Shown: positions 9,754 to 19,438 of the stretch, in pieces
How positions within the stretch are numbered: the first letter of the stretch is position 1
Layout of the letters: each line of letters starts with the position of its first letter
Assembly (NCBI GenBank): GCA_016218585.1
Contig: JACRDK010000030.1
Location: 24,277-88,276, forward strand
Length of the DNA stretch: 64,000 nucleotides
DNA from: Candidatus Doudnabacteria bacterium
GTDB lineage: Bacteria > Patescibacteriota > Doudnabacteria > UBA920
Direction of reading: 5' to 3'
Notes under the pieces: generated by a model
Databases searched by the model: none
Told to the model about the DNA's origin: nothing
Seen by the model: the letters and a program-made list of their open reading frames with translations, nothing else
Translations under genes and position numbers: made by a program

Positions 9754-11640
9754 ATGAAGTTTTTTAGCACACAGCACCAGCATAGTTTCCTTTCAAATTT
9801 GTTAGAAAGTGCGGCAAAGATTTTAAGCTTTGCCGCAGTTTTTGCGTTTATTGCCTCGCCGATTTTTCCCGTAAACTACGCGCTGGCGCAAAAATCCGAA
9901 ACCACTTATATGGTCAAATTAAAAACAGGATTCGGCGAAAACTTGTTAAGCAAAGTCGGCTCAAACATTCGCCACCGTTTTGTTTCCGCCGAGTCGCCGG
10001 TTTTTTATAATATTTATAGTTTTAGTTCCGGTTATTCAGCGGCAGTTTTAACGGACTATTTAAAAAATAAAGCGGAATATTTGGAAGAGCAAAAACCTTT
10101 AGCAGCTTCTTCCGTTTATGTGAACGATCCCGGGTTTTCCACCGATCCGTTAAATATTGATAAACAATGGGCTTTAATAAAGGCGGGTTTTGATAAAGCC
10201 TGGGAAAAAACCACCGGAAGCAAAAGCAATGTTGTGGCGGTAATAGATACAGGAGTAGACGAAACCCACCAGGACTTATCGGCAATTAATTTTGTAAAAG
10301 GTTTTAATTTTATTTCCAACCAGGAAATTGCCACAAGCACCAATTCGGACGACAACGGCCACGGAACATTAGTTACCGGCGTTCTTGGCGCCACCGCAAA
10401 CAACGGTTTGGGAATAATTGGAACCAACTGGCAGATTTCCGTTATGCCTCTTAAAGCGCTTGACGCAAACGGCAAAGGCGAAGCGGCGGATGTGGCCGAA
10501 GCTATTGTTTGGGCCACTGACCACGGCGCGCAGTTTTTAAATATGAGCATTGGCGGCATTGGCTTTGGCCATGACACTACTTTGGCTAACGCCGTTACTT
10601 ACGCCTTTAATAAAAATGTTTTACTGGTGGCGGCCGCCGGAAATGACGTGGCGGCAACAGGCAGCAATTTGGACCAAAGCCCGGTGTTCCCAATTTGCGA
10701 TGATAATAATTTTAATATGGTAATTGGCGTTTCCGCCAGCGATCAAAATGATTTAAAGCCGGACTTTTCCAACTACGGCAGAAATTGCATAGATGTAACA
10801 GCCCCCGGAAAAAGAATTTTGTCCACAATAAATTATGACCCGCTTACAAAAAAAGCATCGCCTAGTTCTTATGCCTATGCTTCCGGAACCTCTTTGGCAG
10901 TGCCTTTTGTGGTCGGCCAAGCCGCTCTAATAAAGGCGCTGTATCCGTTTGCTACTAATATTCAAATACGCGACCGAATAATTACCACTGCAGACCCAAT
11001 TGATAATTTAAATCTTACTCAGTGCGCCGGCGGCCCTTGCCGCGGCCTTTTGGGAACCGGAAGAATTAATGTTTTAAATAGTTTGCAGACCGCGATAGCC
11101 CAGGGGTATGCGGAAGGCGACTTGGTAAAGGAAGAAAGCACCGGGGCAATGTATCAAATAATTGGCGGGCAAAAAAGATTAATTTCCCCATTTGTTTACA
11201 ACCAGCGTTTCAGCGGTTCTAAATTAAAAACTCTTAGCGCCGGGGAATTGGCCTCTTTGCCGGACGGAAGCTATGTTACGCCAAACGACGGCACTCTGGT
11301 AAAGCTGGACTCCGACCCCACGGTATATGTTATTGCCAACGGACAAAAACAGCCCGTGTCGTATCAGGTTTTTTTGCAAAGAAAAATGAATTTTGCCAGC
11401 GTAAACACTTTAAGCTTTTCGGAAGTTAATTCCTGGATTACCGGAAGCTTTTATCCGCCGGAAGAGGGAACCTTGATAAAATCAGATAAAGATAAAACCG
11501 TTTATTGGGTTGTTGGCCAAACCTTGCACCCGATTAACTATGGATTTTTTATGGAGCGGGGTTTGAATGTTTTTCCAATCTTGGTAGTTTCTGAAAAAGA
11601 TATTGTCAGTTTTGCAAAAGGGGAGAGTTATATAAGATAG
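9754..11640 (+). CDS. Exported S8 (subtilisin-like) serine protease with C-terminal repeats
   Basis: VAVIDTG, NGHGT, AAAGN and SGTSLAVP catalytic motifs. Confidence 0.93.
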   Translation: MKFFSTQHQHSFLSNLLESAAKILSFAAVFAFIASPIFPVNYALAQKSETTYMVKLKTGFGENLLSKVGSNIRHRFVSAESPVFYNIYSFSSGYSAAVLTDYLKNKAEYLEEQKPLAASSVYVNDPGFSTDPLNIDKQWALIKAGFDKAWEKTTGSKSNVVAVIDTGVDETHQDLSAINFVKGFNFISNQEIATSTNSDDNGHGTLVTGVLGATANNGLGIIGTNWQISVMPLKALDANGKGEAADVAEAIVWATDHGAQFLNMSIGGIGFGHDTTLANAVTYAFNKNVLLVAAAGNDVAATGSNLDQSPVFPICDDNNFNMVIGVSASDQNDLKPDFSNYGRNCIDVTAPGKRILSTINYDPLTKKASPSSYAYASGTSLAVPFVVGQAALIKALYPFATNIQIRDRIITTADPIDNLNLTQCAGGPCRGLLGTGRINVLNSLQTAIAQGYAEGDLVKEESTGAMYQIIGGQKRLISPFVYNQRFSGSKLKTLSAGELASLPDGSYVTPNDGTLVKLDSDPTVYVIANGQKQPVSYQVFLQRKMNFASVNTLSFSEVNSWITGSFYPPEEGTLIKSDKDKTVYWVVGQTLHPINYGFFMERGLNVFPILVVSEKDIVSFAKGESYIR

Positions 11641-11712
11641 GGGAAATATTTAGCATATAGCATATAGTATTTAGAATATAGGAGAGAGAATTTAGAATTA
11701 AGAGAGGAGTTT

Positions 11713-13566
11713 ATGAAAAAACAAAAGTACATAAAAATTATTTCCGGACTATTTTTGGTCGTCTTTCCATTTTTGGCAATTGCCCAATCGCCGGACCCAA
11801 ATTTTAATCCAAGCAAGCTTATTGAAGACAAAACTTTTTCCGACACCAAGACTTTTGGCGGCGCTGATGGCATACAAAAATTTTTGGTTGCCAAAAATTC
11901 CGTTCTGGCCAATACCAGCCCGGATTTTTTAGCTAAGCTTAAAGAGCCGCAATCGGTTATGTTAAAAGAAGGTTTGGGAGACCCGCAGCCAAACTTAGGC
12001 CGTTTGCGCACCGCGGCAGAATTAATTTGGGACGCTTCCATTCAGAGCGGCCTTAACCCGCAAGTTATTTTGGTTACCTTAAACAAAGAGCAGGGGTTAA
12101 TAACTTCGGCTAACGATTACGACGCGGCGCGCCTGCAAAAAGCTTTAGATCACGCTATGGGTTTTGATTGTCCGGACTCCAGCGGTTGCGGCAATCTTTT
12201 CCCGGGTTTTTATTTTCAGATTTTTGGCAACTACGATTCGGAAAATAACCGCTATTTAGGCGCGGCAAAATCGTTAATGAAATCTTTTACCACTGTTGGC
12301 GGAAGAGGCCCGGTAGTGGAAGGCGCGGCCGCAAAAGTTGGCCAGGCGATTACTTTAGACAACACTATGGGCGGGTATGAAAATATTATGCCGCAGCAAA
12401 CTTTTATTATTTCCAACAATGCCACGGCCGCGTTGTATCGTTATACCCCGCACGTCTTTAACGGCAACTATAATTTTTGGAAATTTTTTCAAGGCTGGTT
12501 TAAGTATCCAAACGGCACTCTGTTAAAACTTGCCGGCGGCGCGGATTTATACATTATTGAAAATGGCGTTAAGCAGTTGGTGCCGCAATTTGTGGCCCAG
12601 GCCAGGGCGCTAGATGTAAATTCTACCATTACGGTATCGCCAACGGAGTATGACAGCTACACCACAGACAAGCCTTTGGGACCGGTTGATAATACCGTTG
12701 TTCAGGACGCCAGCGGAACAAAGTATGTTTTTATTAGCAACGTCAGGCACCAGGCCTCGGATTTAGTTATTAAACAAAGAGGCTTGGATCCGGCAAAAAC
12801 TTTGAGCATAACCCCGACGGAAGCGGCAATTTTTGACGCCGGTTCGGTCTTGCCGCCTAAAGATGGAACGGTTATTCGCGGCGTTGCAGACCAAAGCGTT
12901 TACTTAGTTGCTAACGGACAAATTAAAATGTTTAGCGCATACACCTTTGCGCAAAATAAAATTAAAGCCAAAGATATTTACACAGTGCCCGACGCGGAAA
13001 TTGCCACCTATAGTAAAAATGGTTTTGTAGCTCCGCTTGACGGCAGCTTGGTAAAGACCGCCTCAAATGGTACGGTTTACTTGGTGGAAAATTCCTTAAA
13101 GCGCCCAATTTTGGCAGACATATTTAAAATTAGAGGGTTTAGCTTTAAAAACGTGAGTGCTATTTCGGAAGATGAAATGAGTTCTTTGCCGATTGGCGCT
13201 TATGCCACGCCGAAGGACAGAACGTTCTTTGCGGTTGATTCCAAAACCGGCCCCTTATATATGTTTAAAGAAGGAACTAAACACAGCATCTCCAGTTTTG
13301 TGGCCAAGCAGCGCGGCATAACTCCGGATTATGTTTTCAGCAACAGCGTGGCAATAGAATGGTATGACGGCATTCCTGTTCCGCCGGCTAACAACACAAT
13401 TATAAAAGGCGATTCCGACCAGACTGTATTCTTGGTTGTTAATGGACAATTAAGGCCGCTCACTTATCAGGCCTTTAAGAATCGCAAAATTACCGCAAAG
13501 AAAATTGTAACTTTGCCTCAAATCGAAGTTGACGCTTACGCCAAAGGCGATACTTTGACCAAGTAG
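11713..13566 (+). CDS. Exported protein with putative lysozyme/transglycosylase-like N-domain and multiple GTLxK...VYxxxNG repeats
   Basis: Signal peptide; SGLNPQVILVTLNKEQGL and ATAALYRYTPH; repeats shared with the upstream protease. Confidence 0.65.
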   Translation: MKKQKYIKIISGLFLVVFPFLAIAQSPDPNFNPSKLIEDKTFSDTKTFGGADGIQKFLVAKNSVLANTSPDFLAKLKEPQSVMLKEGLGDPQPNLGRLRTAAELIWDASIQSGLNPQVILVTLNKEQGLITSANDYDAARLQKALDHAMGFDCPDSSGCGNLFPGFYFQIFGNYDSENNRYLGAAKSLMKSFTTVGGRGPVVEGAAAKVGQAITLDNTMGGYENIMPQQTFIISNNATAALYRYTPHVFNGNYNFWKFFQGWFKYPNGTLLKLAGGADLYIIENGVKQLVPQFVAQARALDVNSTITVSPTEYDSYTTDKPLGPVDNTVVQDASGTKYVFISNVRHQASDLVIKQRGLDPAKTLSITPTEAAIFDAGSVLPPKDGTVIRGVADQSVYLVANGQIKMFSAYTFAQNKIKAKDIYTVPDAEIATYSKNGFVAPLDGSLVKTASNGTVYLVENSLKRPILADIFKIRGFSFKNVSAISEDEMSSLPIGAYATPKDRTFFAVDSKTGPLYMFKEGTKHSISSFVAKQRGITPDYVFSNSVAIEWYDGIPVPPANNTIIKGDSDQTVFLVVNGQLRPLTYQAFKNRKITAKKIVTLPQIEVDAYAKGDTLTK

Positions 13567-13590
13567 ATTAACAAGAGTTGTGAATAAATA

Positions 13591-13623
13591 ACCCCCCCAA
13601 GACAAGTATGTCTTGGGGGGTTT
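13591..13623 (+). terminator. Intrinsic terminator
   Basis: ccccccaagaca-agta-tgtcttgggggg-ttt. Confidence 0.8.
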
Positions 13624-13694
13624 GCTTTGACTTTATTGAGGTTTTATAATAAGATTTTGCTACGTTTAGATTTTCAAAAAGGAGGTGTAATCGA

Positions 13695-14282
13695 ATGATT
13701 GCACTGATTAGTGTTACTGACAAAACCGGCATTCAGGAATTTGCCGCCACCCTTTCAGCATTGGGATTCGATCTGGTTTCTACCGGCGGGACAGCAGACA
13801 CTCTTCGCCTCGCCGGGCTTAAAGTAAAAGATGTTTCGGAGCTGACGGGCGTGCCCGCAATGATGGGCGGCAGAGTGAAGACCTTGGATTACCACATTCA
13901 CGCCGGAATCTTGGCGGATCGGGACAATCCGGAGCACATGGCCGATGCCGCAAAGTATGGCATCGAGATGATTGACCTGGTTGTGGTTAACCTCTATGAT
14001 TTTTTGGGTACAGCGGAAGATCCGGATGTTTCTTTGCCGGAACTTACCGAAAGCATCGACATTGGCGGACACACTCTGGTCCGTGCCGCGGCTAAGAACT
14101 GGAAGCATGTCGGTGTGGTGGTTAACCTGCAGGACTACGACCGGATTTCTGAAGAGCTGGTGCAGCGGGGTGGCTGGTTGAGCAGCGGCACCAAGTTAAG
14201 TTTGGCCATTGAGGCCCTCGATGCCGTCGCTTGTTATGACAGGTCTATTCCAGACGTTCTCAGGGACCGTGCCGGCTACTAG
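13695..14282 (+). CDS. Stand-alone PurH N-terminal (IMP cyclohydrolase/MGS-like) domain
   Basis: ALISVTDKTG, STGGTA, GGRVKTL, VVNLY, IDIGG and RAAAKN motifs; no transformylase domain follows; strong SD ggaggtg. Confidence 0.85.
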   Translation: MIALISVTDKTGIQEFAATLSALGFDLVSTGGTADTLRLAGLKVKDVSELTGVPAMMGGRVKTLDYHIHAGILADRDNPEHMADAAKYGIEMIDLVVVNLYDFLGTAEDPDVSLPELTESIDIGGHTLVRAAAKNWKHVGVVVNLQDYDRISEELVQRGGWLSSGTKLSLAIEALDAVACYDRSIPDVLRDRAGY

Positions 14283-14304
14283 CAAATCACAGCAGTCTAT
14301 CTAA

Positions 14305-14344
14305 CAAAGCGGTTCCCGGAAATAGTGTTCGGGAACCGCTTTTG
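14305..14344 (+). terminator. Intrinsic terminator
   Basis: aaagcggttcccg...cgggaaccgctttt. Confidence 0.8.
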
Positions 14345-14385
14345 CTATGTATTAGATTCACTAAAGGTGTGGTAAAATAAATGGT

Positions 14386-15825
14386 ATGAGTACACATATT
14401 AGTAAAAATATTTTTTGGCTGACGGCTTCGCGCTTGTTGGCTTTGGTTTTTTTGTTTGTCGCGTACACGAGGCTATTTCGTTATTTAGGGCCTTACTTTT
14501 CCGGACAGTACCAGTTTGTTTTGTCTTATGTCTTAATTTTTGCGACCATTGTCGACTTTGGCATCCAGCAGTTTATTACAAAAAAAATTAGCGAGGAACC
14601 GCAAAATACAAAAAAATATTTTCAGGATTTCTTCAGCTTTGAAGTTTTGGCCGCGGCAGGGCTGTATATAATTTTGGTGTCTTTGGCTTACTTTAAGGCC
14701 TACGACAGGGAAGTCTTTTACGCAATTTGCGTTGCGGGTTTGGGACTGGTGGCAAATGCCTTAACTTATCCGTACTTAGCGGTAATGGCCGCATTTCAGG
14801 ATATGCGCAAAGTGGCTTTAATAAACTTTTTAAATTCTCTGGTCAATATTGCCGTAATTTTTTCCGCTATAATTTTTCATAAGCATATTGTTTTTTTGGC
14901 CAGCGTGCAGCTGGTTTTTGGCCTGTTAGACTTAATTTTATATAGATTTTTTGTTACTAAACACTTGCCTGAGCCGGAAGTGCTTAAAGCCGTATTTAGC
15001 TTTAACTTAAAACCTATTTGGGAAATTCTGCGGCAGGGCTGGCCATTTGCTTTATTGGTTGGCTTTAGTGCGATATATAACCGCATCGATGTTTTGTTAA
15101 TTACCTTTTTAAAAGGTTTTGAACAAACGGGTTATTATACCGCGGCTTACAAAATTTTTGATCTGTTGGGCTTTTTTCCTTCCGTTGTATCTTATACTTT
15201 ATTTCCTTTCTTTGCCGGCTTAATGTCTAAAAAAGCATTGGGCGAAGTTAAAATTAATTTAGAAAAATATTTAAAGTTAATGATTCTGGCAGCGCTGCCA
15301 ATGGCGGTGGGCGGCAGCGTGCTTTCGGCTAAGTTAATTGCCTTAGTTGCCGGTCCGGAATACGCGCCGGCGGCTTCTGTGTTGGCAATTTTAATTTGGG
15401 CTCCGGCGATTCTGTTTATTTACATTCCCGCTAATTCTTTGGTCATTTCCCAACTGACCAAAAAAGCTTTAATGGTAACAGGGGCTAATGTGGTAATAAA
15501 TACAATCGGCAATTTGCTGCTCTTGCCCCATTACGGAATAAAAGCGGCGGCTATTATGACTGTTGTTTCCGAAGCCTTGCAGGGGATATTTTATTTTTAT
15601 TTCATTAGAAAAAATATTACACACTTCAGCTTTAAAGGTTTGTGGGCAAAACCATTGCTGGCCGCCGCGGTAATGGGAGCTTGTTTGTGGCCGCTAAGGC
15701 AATTGCCCCTGGTTTACACCATACCGGTCGGGGGAGCGGTTTATTTAATCATGTTATTGCTTACCGGATTTGTCGGCAAAGCCGATTTGGCCATGGCAAA
15801 AAATTTAGTTAAGCCGGCAAATTAA
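14386..15825 (+). CDS. Polysaccharide flippase (Wzx/MATE-like)
   Basis: Many TM helices; DFG motif, IYNRIDVLL and GYYTAAYK. Confidence 0.85.
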   Translation: MSTHISKNIFWLTASRLLALVFLFVAYTRLFRYLGPYFSGQYQFVLSYVLIFATIVDFGIQQFITKKISEEPQNTKKYFQDFFSFEVLAAAGLYIILVSLAYFKAYDREVFYAICVAGLGLVANALTYPYLAVMAAFQDMRKVALINFLNSLVNIAVIFSAIIFHKHIVFLASVQLVFGLLDLILYRFFVTKHLPEPEVLKAVFSFNLKPIWEILRQGWPFALLVGFSAIYNRIDVLLITFLKGFEQTGYYTAAYKIFDLLGFFPSVVSYTLFPFFAGLMSKKALGEVKINLEKYLKLMILAALPMAVGGSVLSAKLIALVAGPEYAPAASVLAILIWAPAILFIYIPANSLVISQLTKKALMVTGANVVINTIGNLLLLPHYGIKAAAIMTVVSEALQGIFYFYFIRKNITHFSFKGLWAKPLLAAAVMGACLWPLRQLPLVYTIPVGGAVYLIMLLLTGFVGKADLAMAKNLVKPAN

Positions 15826-15830
15826 ACTCT

Positions 15831-16286
15831 ATGCAAAAGAAAAATAATTCACAAACTCGCATTCTGGTTTTTGGCACCTTTGACGTTATGCACCCGGGAC
15901 ATATAAATTTTTTTAAACAGGCCAGAAAGCTGGCAAAAAATCCTTACCTAATAGTTTCGGTAGCCAGAGACGCCAATGTAAAAAGAATAAAAGGGAAAAA
16001 GCCTTTTATGAAAGAAAGCCGAAGGCTGGAACATTTGAAAAAAAATAAATTAGTGGATTTGGCGGTATTGGGAGGCAAAAATCAGCACCTGCCACATATT
16101 GTTAAACTTAAGCCCGACTTAATTGCTTTGGGTTATGACCAGAAAGCTTATGTGGATAATTTGCGGGAGGATTTGCTTAAGCTTGGCTTAAAAGTAAGAA
16201 TTAGGCGTATGAAAGCCTACAAACCGAACTTTCATAAGAGCAGCTTGCTTAAATTGAGAAAGCCTAGTAATTATGTTATTCTTTAG
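15831..16286 (+). CDS. Cytidylyltransferase-family protein (RibL/FAD synthase- or TagD-like)
   Basis: FGTFDVMHPGH (HxGH), VSVARD and LGYDQ motifs. Confidence 0.85.
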   Translation: MQKKNNSQTRILVFGTFDVMHPGHINFFKQARKLAKNPYLIVSVARDANVKRIKGKKPFMKESRRLEHLKKNKLVDLAVLGGKNQHLPHIVKLKPDLIALGYDQKAYVDNLREDLLKLGLKVRIRRMKAYKPNFHKSSLLKLRKPSNYVIL

Positions 16287-16408
16287 ACAGGTGAATTAAA
16301 ATAGACAATATGCCCAGTCTGAAGTGCTGTGGCTAAATATAATAAGTCTTAATTAAAAACAAATAATATAGGAGCATCCCAGTTTTTTTCGGGGATGATG
16401 TACTGCGT

Positions 16409-16648
16409 ATGGACAATATAAAAAATGGCGAAAAAGCCAAATGGAGCAAAAGTTTTTGGCCATTGGCAATAATTGTTATTGTAAGCATGATAGCCGGCGG
16501 TGTAATTTACTCCTTTGCTTACCAAAGCATGCTAAATGACGATATTAGTTCCATGCAATTTTTAATCCATCGTGATCGCCAGGAAAAACCAACTACAACC
16601 CCCGCCGCCAAGTCTGATGTAATGACAGCAAAGAAACCTGCCAAATAA
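16409..16648 (+). CDS. Small single-TM hypothetical protein
   Basis: 79-aa ORF with one hydrophobic helix, followed by a hairpin. Confidence 0.6.
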   Translation: MDNIKNGEKAKWSKSFWPLAIIVIVSMIAGGVIYSFAYQSMLNDDISSMQFLIHRDRQEKPTTTPAAKSDVMTAKKPAK

Positions 16649-16656
16649 ACTACCTT

Positions 16657-16697
16657 ATCCGCCCCGCCCTTTACTTTAAAAGAGCGGGGCGGATTTA
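16657..16697. repeat. GC-rich hairpin (terminator-like) whose arms are identical to the stem ends flanking the GIY-YIG gene in rnpB
   Basis: ccccgcccttt-acttta-aaagagcggggcg; same arms at 34611-34621 and 34891-34903. Confidence 0.75.
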
Positions 16698-16737
16698 ATT
16701 TGGTTAACCGGCAAGTTTTAGATATAATATAAGTAGT

Positions 16738-17823
16738 ATGACTATTGGAATTGAAGCAGAGCGAGCCAATAATCCCTTTAAAACCGGCGTGGAGCATTAT
16801 GCCAAACAGTTAATTCTCCACTTAGCCGAGTTAGATAAGGAAAATAATTATATTCTGTATTTGCGCACCAGACCCGAAACCTGGTTTTTTGAGTTGCCTA
16901 AAAACTTTACGGTAAAAGTTTTGCCTTTTCCTCTGTTTTGGACGCAGCTCCGGCTGAGTTGGGAAATGTTTTGGCACCCCGTTGATGTATTATTTATTCC
17001 CGCTTCCGCTATGCCGTTAATCCATCCAAAAAATTCCATTACCACAATTCATGATTTAGCCTGGAAGTTTTACCCGGAAAGTTTTACCTGGTTTAATAGA
17101 AATTTTTTGGAATTTTCCACCAGATTTGCGGTTAAAACCGCCAAGAACATTATTGCCGTTTCTCAGAGCACAAAGAACGATCTGGTAAAATTTTATAAAA
17201 TTCCGCCTGAGAAGATAACCGTAGTTTTGCACGGTTATGAAGAAAGCAAACATCACGAAGTATTTAGCGGAGAAGGCGAGATAAAAAATTTGCCGGAAAA
17301 GTACGTTTTGTTTCTATCCACGCTGCAGCCGAGAAAAAATTTGGAAGGATTAATAGATGCCTTTGCGCTGCTTAAGCAGGAACACCCGGAATTGCCGCAC
17401 AAGCTGGTTGTGGTTGGGCGGCCGGGGTGGAAGTTTGAAAGCATTCTGGATAAAATTAACCGGCACAAAGATTTCGTCGTTTATTTAAATTATTTGTCGG
17501 ACAGTGATCGCCTGGAAGTTTTAGCTAAAGCGGAGATTTTGGTCCAGCCTTCTTTTTACGAGGGCTTTGGCATGCAGATACTGGAAGCTTTTTCTCTCCG
17601 TGTTCCTGTGGCAACATCTAATGTTTCAAGCATGCCGGAAGTTGCCGCCGAGGCCGCTATGTATTTTGATCCGCATAATCCAAAGGATATAAAAAATTCC
17701 CTGAAAATGATGTTGATGGATAAAAGCCTTCGGGATTCGCTGATTGCCAAAGGAAGCGAAAGGCTAAAAGGTTTTAGCTGGAGGAAATGCGCCCAGGAAA
17801 CCCTTGCTGTTTTAAAAAAATAA
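16738..17823 (+). CDS. GT4 glycosyltransferase
   Basis: TIHDL, PRKNL and PSFYEGFGMQILEA motifs. Confidence 0.92.
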   Translation: MTIGIEAERANNPFKTGVEHYAKQLILHLAELDKENNYILYLRTRPETWFFELPKNFTVKVLPFPLFWTQLRLSWEMFWHPVDVLFIPASAMPLIHPKNSITTIHDLAWKFYPESFTWFNRNFLEFSTRFAVKTAKNIIAVSQSTKNDLVKFYKIPPEKITVVLHGYEESKHHEVFSGEGEIKNLPEKYVLFLSTLQPRKNLEGLIDAFALLKQEHPELPHKLVVVGRPGWKFESILDKINRHKDFVVYLNYLSDSDRLEVLAKAEILVQPSFYEGFGMQILEAFSLRVPVATSNVSSMPEVAAEAAMYFDPHNPKDIKNSLKMMLMDKSLRDSLIAKGSERLKGFSWRKCAQETLAVLKK

Positions 17824-17834
17824 TTACATAAAAA

Positions 17835-19418
17835 ATGAACGAAGAATTTTTAAAAAGATTAAAAGCCTTGCCCAGGCTTAAGCTGTTAATAATTGTTTTT
17901 GTCGTGTGGCAGTATGTAAGTATTTTGGGAATGGCAATTCTAAATTGGTCTACGGCTTTAGTTTGGTTAAATTTGGGTTTGCTGTTAGCTTTTATTTTAC
18001 TTGCGCCAATTTATGAATCTTTGCTGCTGTTAGTTTTATCTATTCCTTTTTTTGTGGCAGTGCCTAACTCGAAATTTGACGCCCTGTCTATGTGGCGAAT
18101 TTTATATTTAGCCTTATTTGCGGTTTGGTTGGTGCGCGAGAAAAAATTAAAAATCCAGGGGATTATTTTTTTACCCTGGGACAAATATCTTGCCTGGTTT
18201 GCTTCGCTAGGCTTGGTGCTGGCTTTAATTTTTGGCAGCTTCCGCCTGGAAGCGGTAAAACAGGTTCTGTTTTGGCTGAATATTTATTTTTTGTATATCG
18301 TTTTAATTAATACCTTAAAAAGCAAACAGCAAATTTTTGAATTTATCCGCTACGCAATTTGGTCGCTGGCAATTATTGTGACCTTGGGGTTCACGCAGCT
18401 GTTCGGCACTTTTTTAACCAACCTAGATGTGTTTTGGGTGTATTGGGCGAATAATATTACCAAGCTATATTATGGCCAAAATTTTTCTTTAGTAGCTTTG
18501 TATTCTAATTCCTGGTTTTCTTATTATGGCGGCAGGGATTTAAGAATGTTCTCCATTATGCCGGACTCCCAGTCCTTCGCTTATATTTGTATTATTGCCC
18601 TGTGTATGGGAACCGCCTTAACCCGCAGCGTCTTTACGCATATTAAAAAATGGCTGTGGTCCGGCATTCGCTTTGCCGGGTTAGCCTTAATTCTTTCCGG
18701 CACCAGAGCCGTCTGGGTGGGGATGGCATTGCCATTTTTGGCTGTTGTTGCGGCTTATGCCAAAGGCATTCAAAAACACCTGGTAAAAAAATATATGTGG
18801 CCGTTTGCCATAATTTTCATCCTGTTTATTATTTCCCCATTTATTAACAAAGCTTTGGGATATTTGCGGGTTGAAAGATTTCAGGAAAATTTTCTGGAGC
18901 GCGCCCAAAGCATTTATAACATTAACGAAACTTCAAATCGCGGCAGAATTGAAATGTGGCAAAATAGTTCGCTGTTCTTTTTAACCCACCCCTGGGGTGT
19001 AGGCTTTAGTAATTTTATTGTGTCATTTAACGAAGTGCAGGATGGCCAAAATTATAACCAGGTCGGCGAAAAATTGAACACCGCTTATAATTTACCGGCT
19101 AAATATATTTCCGCGCATAGTTTGTATCTGCAAATTTTAGTGGAAACCGGAATTGTCGGGTTTTTAATTTTTGCCGCATTTTGGACTTCGGTATTGCAGT
19201 ATCTCTGGCGTTTTATACGCCATTATGAAAAGACTGAAGATTTTTTGGTGTATTTTGTGGCCCAGGCCTTCTTAATGGTGTTGTGGATTTTAGCTTCCGC
19301 AGTTTTTGACATAACTTTATTAAATGACAAAGTGTTAATGTATTTTTTAATTAACCTAGGGCTAGCCGGCTTAATTGTTAAACGCTATCAGGAATACAAA
19401 GAAGAAGGCGAAGTCTAA
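17835..19418 (+). CDS. O-antigen ligase/polymerase (Wzy_C) family membrane protein
   Basis: Multi-TM; SGTRAVW, R-x-x-x-W, GVG and AHSLYLQILVETGIVG motifs. Confidence 0.85.
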   Translation: MNEEFLKRLKALPRLKLLIIVFVVWQYVSILGMAILNWSTALVWLNLGLLLAFILLAPIYESLLLLVLSIPFFVAVPNSKFDALSMWRILYLALFAVWLVREKKLKIQGIIFLPWDKYLAWFASLGLVLALIFGSFRLEAVKQVLFWLNIYFLYIVLINTLKSKQQIFEFIRYAIWSLAIIVTLGFTQLFGTFLTNLDVFWVYWANNITKLYYGQNFSLVALYSNSWFSYYGGRDLRMFSIMPDSQSFAYICIIALCMGTALTRSVFTHIKKWLWSGIRFAGLALILSGTRAVWVGMALPFLAVVAAYAKGIQKHLVKKYMWPFAIIFILFIISPFINKALGYLRVERFQENFLERAQSIYNINETSNRGRIEMWQNSSLFFLTHPWGVGFSNFIVSFNEVQDGQNYNQVGEKLNTAYNLPAKYISAHSLYLQILVETGIVGFLIFAAFWTSVLQYLWRFIRHYEKTEDFLVYFVAQAFLMVLWILASAVFDITLLNDKVLMYFLINLGLAGLIVKRYQEYKEEGEV

Positions 19419-19438
19419 TCTTTAATATCTATCAGAGA

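Noticed and set aside
16290-16408. Possible ncRNA or riboswitch upstream of the 79-aa gene
   Set aside because: Only short hairpins (e.g. catccc...gggatg); no recognisable family motif
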